A stretch of DNA of 42,109 bases from contig NW_008246090.1 of the NCBI RefSeq assembly GCF_000281045.1, positions 649,311-691,419 of the forward strand, written 5' to 3'. The notes beneath the pieces were generated by a model. That model was not told the origin of the DNA, searched no databases, and was given only the letters and a program-made list of their open reading frames with translations. Made by a program: the position numbers and the translations under genes. Position 1 is the stretch's first letter, and each line of letters begins with the position of its first letter. The stretch comes from Saprolegnia diclina VS20 (Eukaryota). Below are positions 34,788 through 42,109 of the stretch, one piece after another.

Positions 34788-35859
34788 CTAGAGCTTGCTG
34801 TTGCCCGTGGACGCGGCACCGATCTGGCCGCCATCGACAGTGAGCACGGTCCCCGTCACCCACGCACCCGCCGGCGACGCTAACGTGTCATTGCATCGCG
34901 CGGCAAGTAATAGTATGTGCGTCGTACCATAATAGATGGCGGCGCCCGCCATATCGAGGTCGCTGCCCGCACGCTTGAGCGGCACGCCTTGCGCGAGCTC
35001 GTCCATGCTACAACGCAAGCTCAGGAATCGCTGCGCCCAACGCTCATAGTACCCAAGGCCCGTGGCCGTCGAGATTTGCTTGGACATCTTGGTGGGCACG
35101 AACCCCGGCGCAATTGCATTCACAGTGATCCCGCGCGGGGCGAGTTCGAGCGCCAAGACGCGTGTGAGGTGGTGGATCGCGGCCTTGCTCGTGTCGTACG
35201 CAAACGTGCCAATGTCGGGCTGCGGCAGCACGCCAGCGATCGAGCCAATGTTGATGATGCGGCTGTTGGCCTCCATCATTGGCAACAACTTCTTAATGAG
35301 GAAGAAGGGCGCCTTGACGTTCAAGTCCATGATCTTGTGCCACGCCTTCTCCGTGTGCAAGTCGAAGCCGCCGCCCCAGCTCGCCCCCTAGCAAGAACGT
35401 CAGATGCGCCAATGCCAAGAGAGCGCCTACCGAGTTGTTGATGAGGACGTCCAGCTTGGTCTCTTTGGCTTGGAGCGACGACACGACGTGCTCGATACCG
35501 GCATCCGTGCCGAGGTCCGCAGGAATCTACGGCGATATTGCACATCCGGCGCGCAGCCTTATTGATCTACCGCAATGCACTGGCCAGGACCTAGAGACAC
35601 ATCGTCATGTTGCGCCAAAGAAGAGCAAGGCGGCGTACCGACGGCCGTGAGCTCGGCGGCGGTCTGATCGCAGACCTTGGCGTCGCGCGACGAGATGTAC
35701 ACCTTGGCGTGGTTGCGCACAAAGGCCTCGGCGATCATCTTGCCAATGCCGCGCGATCCGCCCGTGATAAGCACCTACATACACGCTCGTAGCACGCGCG
35801 ACGTGCATGCGACGACGTACTGTTTGGTCCTTGACAGCAAAGAGCTTCGTGACCTCCAT
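34788..35859 (-). CDS. Short-chain dehydrogenase/reductase (RhlG/FabG-like classical SDR), ~265 aa
   Basis: complement(join(34788..34879,34928..35007,35053..35387,35431..35526,35571..35590,35639..35774,35821..35859)). TGGSRGIG, LINNSG, NIGS, YDTSK, VNAIAPG, VDGG. Confidence 0.92.
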
Positions 35860-36492
35860 GATGCGATTTGGAATTTGACTTGCGGCAACTGCAAGCGCCC
35901 GAAAGCTCCGATTAACTAATCATCGCTGCAAGCCGTGGGATTGGTGCGGCCAAGATCGAATTTTATCCAATCGGTACGAAGCTTGCCATGCCCGGCGTTA
36001 AGATCGCGCCATTTCCAAACACATTGTGTACCTGGTCCGAGAAGAAGATCGGCCTCCACTTGCCGCGGTGGACACTTGCTGTCGTGGTTTCGGCCTTGGA
36101 CCGCAGAAAGCTTATGAAAGCACCAAACGAACCTCGTAGTCTTCGACAGGCAGGGTCCACTTCGCGGCAGTGTCCACATGACTATGATCTTATCATCATC
36201 ATAATCGCATTGAGCACTTCAAAATCTCTGTTGTACGCGTAGCACCCAGGTCTGCTAATGCCCATACAACTACATATCCTAGTGTCCCAAGCGTTAATGA
36301 TGCATGGGCTGACTTGGCTTCGTGGTCATAAATTATAAATAAAATCTCGGCTGGGGAAATCCTGTCGTCGCATCCCGTTGAAGTTGGCGATGGGCAACAT
36401 TTTCTACCAATCACCGTCTCGCTTGCGCTGGATTGGCTGAAAAGGTGGTCGGCAGGTTGGCCAATGGCCTTGCGCGGTGACAACGAACTGCG

Positions 36493-37971
36493 ATGATGGG
36501 CACGGAGGCTGACGCGGATGGCCGGTACTTGCCGCTCGGGCTGCCGGCAGTCCCTCCCAGCAACGATCCGCAGCGACTCCTGGCATATGTACTTCAAGTG
36601 CTACCGCAATACACGGCAATGGAGCTCAGCGCGACGCACTACCGCCTCTACACGCAGCAGCTGCGGACCGAAGTCGACCGATGGAAGCAGCAGGCGACAA
36701 TGACGATGCAGCGCTTACTGGACGAAGAAGACAAGCGCGTCTTTATGGAGCGGTACGCTGCCGAGGTTGTGAAGGAGCGCAACGATGTCTTGCACCACAA
36801 GGGCGCCAAGAAGCACAAGGTGTGGCATAACTGCTGTCGGCAGCACGCGTCGTACGACTTGGACGTGACGCCATCGATCGTGTCGCTTCGCGGTGAGAAG
36901 CTCACCGAGTGCAGCCTGGAGCTCAAGCAAGCACGCGCTTCGCTACTCGAGAAGGATCGGCTCCTCGACGCCGCCCACGAGCTCCTCAACACCAAGCAAA
37001 TCGACTTTGACGCGTTCGTCAGCGCCGCGCGTAAGGAAAAGGAGCAGCTCGAGCACCAGCTTGCGACGCGTGCGGGGCTTCAAGGCTCGCAGGAGCGCCG
37101 CCTCGCCGACGTCGAGCGCCAGCTGTGGGACGATCAGCAGGCGCTGGCCGAGAAGAACGCTGGTCTGGACCAGCTCCACGACCGCATCGACGACTTGGAG
37201 CAGCAATGCAGTCGCCTTCAGAACGACGTTGTCACCAAAGCCACTGCGATCTCGGGCCTCGAAGCTGAGGTGCGCCGTCTCCAGTCGACGCTCCGAGATA
37301 CGCAAGAGCAGCTCGTGACGTGGCAGCAGCAGGCGCAAGAAAAGGACATGGAAATCGAGTCGCTCCACGGCCAAGTCGAAGCGCTCTCGACGGCCGACTT
37401 GCAATCGCTGCAGGCACGGTATGCCAAGCAGATTGAGACGCTTGTCGCGCAGCACGAGGCCCAGATTCGCGCGTACGAAATGCAGCTGCGTCCGCCGCCA
37501 CCCGTACTGGAGCCGGCGCCAGCGCGGTCCATGTCGCGGAGCTTTGAAGCGCGCATGACCCTCGATGAGATCTCGTCGTCGGCCGAAGACAGTGATGACA
37601 AGCCGCTGTTGAGTCCTTCGTACTTTCAGTCGCACACCTCGAGCCCGTTCCAGACACCGTGCCGGCAAACGCCGCTGCCAGCACACTTTCGACGGCACTC
37701 GGAAGGCACGCGGTCGTCGACACCGCCCAACGTTCGTCGACGACTCCTCGAGAACGACTTGTCGATGCTCTCGTCGTCTTCGGCCGCGTCGTCCAAAGCG
37801 TCGCAACACTCTTCGTCGCGCACGCCCGAGCGCCAAGCCATTGTGAGTCGGCTACATGCGCTCGTGCAAGAGAGCGAACAGCGGCGAAAGCTCGAAGAGT
37901 CCCGGGCTGAGGAAGATCGCGTCGCCCTCGAAGCGCTCAAGCAGCGATTACAGGCGCGACAGACTGTGTAA
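36493..37971 (+). CDS. Long coiled-coil protein with a Ser-rich disordered tail, 492 aa, function unknown
   Basis: Intronless ORF with extended E/Q/L/R heptad composition. Confidence 0.8.
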   Translation: MMGTEADADGRYLPLGLPAVPPSNDPQRLLAYVLQVLPQYTAMELSATHYRLYTQQLRTEVDRWKQQATMTMQRLLDEEDKRVFMERYAAEVVKERNDVLHHKGAKKHKVWHNCCRQHASYDLDVTPSIVSLRGEKLTECSLELKQARASLLEKDRLLDAAHELLNTKQIDFDAFVSAARKEKEQLEHQLATRAGLQGSQERRLADVERQLWDDQQALAEKNAGLDQLHDRIDDLEQQCSRLQNDVVTKATAISGLEAEVRRLQSTLRDTQEQLVTWQQQAQEKDMEIESLHGQVEALSTADLQSLQARYAKQIETLVAQHEAQIRAYEMQLRPPPPVLEPAPARSMSRSFEARMTLDEISSSAEDSDDKPLLSPSYFQSHTSSPFQTPCRQTPLPAHFRRHSEGTRSSTPPNVRRRLLENDLSMLSSSSAASSKASQHSSSRTPERQAIVSRLHALVQESEQRRKLEESRAEEDRVALEALKQRLQARQTV

Positions 37972-38212
37972 TTGAAAGCATAATTCGAAGATCCCACGTG
38001 GCTTGTTCCATCACCCCATCATCACAAAAAAATCGTCCATACCCGAAAGCTGCAAAATAAGGGCATTTGGCGTCGCTGCCGAATGTATGCGTCAAGCTAC
38101 AGGAGTCAGTTGTCGGTCCACCGGCGAGCAATTCGCTCTCGTTAGCAATTTCTTAACCACTTTCAAGTGCCACTTGATCACCGATACGAGTAAGGACCGA
38201 GACGAAGCTAAT

Positions 38213-38264
38213 CTATCTATCTACCTACCTATCTACCTATCTACCTATCTACCTATCTACCTAT
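38213..38264. repeat. (CTAT/CTAC)n compound tetranucleotide microsatellite
   Basis: ctatctatctacctacctatctacctatctacctatctacctatctacctat between convergent gene ends. Confidence 0.9.
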
Positions 38265-38390
38265 TCACCTAGTATCGCACCGGGATACCTATACATTTAG
38301 CGCAAATATTGATCAAGCAAAAACGTATTGCTCGTCGTAGAGTTGAAAACGCAAGAATGCATTATGAAACACAGAGTTGGCAATGGTATA

Positions 38391-39167
38391 TCAGTGCTCC
38401 TCGTCGGGCGTCAAAATTTCGAGGAGCTTGCGCGGCGGCTGCTTGGCGAGGTACGCGGTTTGGGCCTCTTTGGTGCAAAAGACCTTGTGGCCATAGAGTT
38501 TTCGAACGTACGAATTGAGGAGGGTCGTCTTCGTTGGGTCTTGGAGCGCCTTGTTGACGCCGGCCAGAATCTTCTTTTGCGCTATCGCCGTGGCATCGTA
38601 GACGCTAAACGATTTGCCGAGGACCGACATGACAATGTTGAGCGACCCGTCAATGGTGGCTTTTGTGAGCACGAGGTTTTGCAGGTACGGATACGTCTCG
38701 CTGCAGGTGGCGTTGAGGCCGAGCGTGATCGTTTTGCGGCCGCCACAGCACGTGCTCGCATTGTCCAAGAAGGTTTTGCAGCCGATTTTCGGGATGCAGC
38801 CGTCGATCAGGAGACTAATGGGCAGCTCGTCGACGCTCACGCGGACGTCGACGTGCATCGAGCCGTTCTTGCCGACGAGAAGCTGCAGCGTGTCGATCTG
38901 CACCGTGTTGAGCCCCGAGACCCAGCGCGCTTTCACATCGTAAAAGTTGGCCTTGACAGCAAAGAGGTTGCCAATGTCCATGCACGGCTCGGGCCCGCCG
39001 CTGGCGCACGCCCCGAGAGACGCGGGAAGCGCGGTATCGGCAACACTCGATAAAATCGGCTTGAGCGACTGCACGACCGTGGATAGCTCCAGCGGCAAGA
39101 CCGGTGGCGTCGGCGTCGCCACGACGCTGCAGAGACCCACGAGAGAAGCCAGCGAGAAAAGACGCAT
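38391..39167 (-). CDS. Predicted secreted Cys-containing protein, ~258 aa
   Basis: Signal-peptide-like MRLFSLASLVGLCSVVA-TP; intronless; eight Cys in the mature part; no transmembrane segment. Confidence 0.8.
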   Translation of the reverse strand: MRLFSLASLVGLCSVVATPTPPVLPLELSTVVQSLKPILSSVADTALPASLGACASGGPEPCMDIGNLFAVKANFYDVKARWVSGLNTVQIDTLQLLVGKNGSMHVDVRVSVDELPISLLIDGCIPKIGCKTFLDNASTCCGGRKTITLGLNATCSETYPYLQNLVLTKATIDGSLNIVMSVLGKSFSVYDATAIAQKKILAGVNKALQDPTKTTLLNSYVRKLYGHKVFCTKEAQTAYLAKQPPRKLLEILTPDEEH

Positions 39168-40119
39168 GCTGTCGAGAGCGCGATCAAATAAGAAATGAAA
39201 AGCAAAAGAGACTGCGTTCACAAGAGCGTGAGTAGCACCCGGTCACTCTGAGGTAATCGACGCGACCCAAAAGATCCCAGACGTCACGGTGAATGTACAT
39301 ACAGTGAGTGACCTGCTGTCTTTCTTTTGACGGCGACCGATGGAGCGTTAAAGCAAGAAATAGCTTGCAGTCCCACATTGCGCCAGACATGAAGGCGTAC
39401 ACTCAATGTTGCTCGTCAAGCAAGGGCGAACCATCGTAGTAGAAGAGGGTACAAGGTCGCCCACATTGCACAAGACGAGCCAAAATGAAAAAAGGTGAAT
39501 GGGTTGAGAACCGTCTTGGGTCGCCTTGGGGATGCATGTGTGCGTTGCCGCCAGATCCAGTTGTGGACTGGTTTTGCGCATCATAGGGCTAGGGCAGTGC
39601 ATTCCAACAAGCAAGGCAGGGTCCACGGTCATGCCAACGATTCGATTCTTCATACGGTACTATGCGCGTCATCCATGTTTTCCTGGCGTGGTGCCGACAA
39701 CTCTAGTCCAATAAAAGCTTGTATCATGTTTTGCTGTCGTCGTGGCTGTGCAATGAGTCATTACGTGACGCCTCGCTTTGATCCCGAGCTACTTCCTGAA
39801 AGGTGCTCGGCTGTTACGAGTACTGACGACCAGTATTATGGTGGAAAGCACTACACCATGCAAGGTGGATAATCTAAATGTCAACAAAAATCGAAGACCG
39901 TTCGCACGATAAGTCCATGCATTAATTTGCATTAAAATTCAACTACTCGAATCTCTATGAATTGACTTGCCCACGACATCGCCCAACCAACCTCAACACC
40001 TTGCCCGCCGTTTAAAGCCTCAGCGAGTAACTTTGATCTCCGCCGGACTTTTTGGAGGTTGAAAGTTCTCCGTCCGTCGTTGCCTCGCTGAAATGGCCGT
40101 GCGCAAAGGGCTTGTGTTG

Positions 40120-41321
40120 TCACTCGGGTGTCAGCGCCAAAGCGGCCACGATCGCCTCCAAGCGGGGTACAATCGCAGAAAATGCTGGGCGGGCACTCGC
40201 GTCGTTGAACGAACACTCTTCAAGAAGGTGCAATACAGTCCGCGGCCACGGCTTGCGGTCCAGAATACGGGGCCGGTAGCTGCGCGTCGCGATTTCGTTT
40301 AGGAGCTCTTTCGGCGGCTTGTGTGCTTGCTCCGCGTACGGCGCGACACAGTTCATCGTCTCCACCATGACTAGAAGTGCATCATGAGTCATGAACGTCG
40401 TCGTTGATCAAGGAACGTACGCATGGCAAAGCTGTAGACGTCCACCTTTTCCGAGTAGTTTGGTTCACCGCGCAAGATCTCGGGTGCTGCCCACGCTGGC
40501 GTCCCAATCAGAGTCTTATCGCGGCCAAGTTGGCCGCTAAACTCAAAATTCGTGATTTTGGCTGTCAAGTTGTCACTATGCGTCAGATGACGTGAGCTAC
40601 ACCAACTCTAGGTGGTCATGCCACGTACGAGAGGTTGATGTTGGCGGCGCGAAGGTCGCGGTGCAAGACTGGCACTGACTTGTTATGCAAGTACTGCATG
40701 CCGCGGGCCACGTCCAGGAGGATGCAAAGTCGCTCGAGCACTGAGAGTGTATTCGTGTCATTGGCCAAGGCGTTGGCGAGGCTGCCGCGCTCTGGCTTTT
40801 CCGTGATGAAGGATCTATGAGGTGGTTGTCATGAACACCTCCAAGCATTGATACTCAAGCCAAACGTACACTGAGGTCGTGTCCGAGCTGACCCCATAGA
40901 AGGGTACGATGTTGGGGTGGTGGAGGCTCATGCACATGCGCGCGACTCGGTTCACTTCGCGCACTTTGGCGTCGGTCGGCGCAGAGATTTGCTTGGCAAT
41001 GACGCTGGCGCCACAGTACGTTGCATCAGACACAGAGGTCCACAGCGGGCTCTTGTGCAAGTCTGCGTCTGCCACGAGTGTAAGGTGCGCCGCTGGCACA
41101 TGGAACGGACGGGGCAGACAGGCTTGGATTTCAGTCGAAAAAGGAGACTCTACTGTTGGACTGGAAGCATCCACGTGTTCTGTCTTGATGCGTTTAGCTG
41201 CATTGTTCGAGGCGGTAGGCGATGCAGGTGGCGATGAGTCTTTGCGCTTGAGGCTGGAAGTGGCGCTTGTAGAGAGAGTGGTCAAAGCACATGGGGTGAT
41301 CGCGGTCTGGGCGTGCTGCAT
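40120..41321 (-). CDS. TKL-group protein kinase-like protein, probable pseudokinase, ~347 aa
   Basis: complement(join(40120..40370,40421..40575,40629..40814,40870..41321)). VIAK, LHHPNIVPFYG, DVARGMQYLH, HRDLRAAN, KITNFE (in place of DFG), GTPAWAAPE, DVYSFAM, ARPAF. Start uncertain (frame open to 41645). Confidence 0.85.
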
Positions 41322-41788
41322 TGTGATTGAAGGAGAGCGGTGTATGAGCTCGACGGGATATTGGGAAGTGAAATCGTTTTGTCGTGTATTTTCGAGGACA
41401 CTTTTTATCCACTGGCTCCATTCTATACTATTAATAGTATGTGCAATATAAAGCCAGTTTCTATCACGATAGTATCCAGCATGATAACAACTTTTCACGT
41501 GACCCAAGGTCACGTGAAAAGTTAAATACCCGGGTAAGCCCGATCCTCGAGTTGACAAGAAAAGTCTCATTCTAACCGCGCTCGCAACGCCATTTTTGCT
41601 AGCTTGATGGTTCATGTTGTATTTGGCATGCGATCGACCCCACATTTTCTCTCAAGTCCACCATAAACGCACCTTTGTGTACAGTTGATACCTGCGATGG
41701 CTTCATGCATTGCGCTGCGTAAACTGCGCACTCGACAACCACCGTCGTGTGTGCTACCATTGCAGACCAATTAAACTACGTTATATAA

Positions 41789-42109
41789 TCATGATCGAGT
41801 GTTATGGCTTGAATGACTCGTGTACCGGCTCTGTCCTTGTGGCCGAATCACTCGCATGTGCGGCGACGGCACGACGATCGGTGATGGTGCCTTGTAAATA
41901 GCAACGGACGGCTGAGGCGCCCGTCGTAGCCGATAGACATAGAGAGCAACGAGAGCAACGCCCACAAGGACAAGTGGGAGCACGATGTAGGGCAGGATAC
42001 CAAACGACCGCGTATCTTCAAGTGCCAAGAGCACTTCTTCAGTCGTGACCACCGGCGTCGTGACGGCAGTGCTGTTGCTGACAATATTCTCGGCTTCAAG
42101 TGCACGTCG
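41789..42109 (-). CDS. 3' end of a single-pass membrane protein (gene starts beyond the window)
   Basis: Frame open to the window end; TM segment FGILPYIVLPLVLVGVALVALYVY followed by the basic RLRR stop-transfer; upstream NST sequon. Confidence 0.65.
   Translation of the reverse strand, partial: RRALEAENIVSNSTAVTTPVVTTEEVLLALEDTRSFGILPYIVLPLVLVGVALVALYVYRLRRAPQPSVAIYKAPSPIVVPSPHMRVIRPQGQSRYTSHSSHNTRS

Noticed and set aside
41322..41645. N-terminal extension of the kinase ORF
   Set aside because: AT-richer, with no ATG context or codon bias comparable to the coding exons; probably upstream non-coding DNA, though not excluded.
1..42109. Prokaryotic operon or defence-system reading of the window
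   Set aside because: Consistent spliceosomal introns and eukaryotic genes (MED27, RBR, FYVE); no tRNA, rRNA or CRISPR features recognised.

Overview
Eukaryotic, GC-rich, intron-containing DNA. It looks like an oomycete (Saprolegniales-like) draft scaffold, judged from the gene families, 39-65 bp GT-AG introns and YCAYTYY initiator motifs; there is an 875-N gap at 1547-2421. The ORF track fragments most genes, so I rebuilt them by hand across introns. The main feature is a ~22 kb same-strand tandem array (5338-27136) of eight FYVE-zinc-finger genes holding 19 FYVE domains. Six of the eight also carry a bacterial-type GAF sensor domain and no catalytic output domain. All 19 FYVE domains are split by a phase-0 intron at the same position, and none keeps the full PI3P-binding R(R/K)HHCR motif. 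The array also shows eroding FYVE relics and a candidate intronised exon segment. Other genes: an internally duplicated multi-pass membrane protein, an intronless CCCH-GG (WRKY19-like) zinc-finger gene, a myristoylated copine-NZF-RING (RGLG-like) E3, a membrane-anchored RBR E3, MED27, an SDR, a coiled-coil protein, a secreted protein, a probable TKL pseudokinase and a truncated single-pass membrane protein. All gene models are manual predictions without transcript support.
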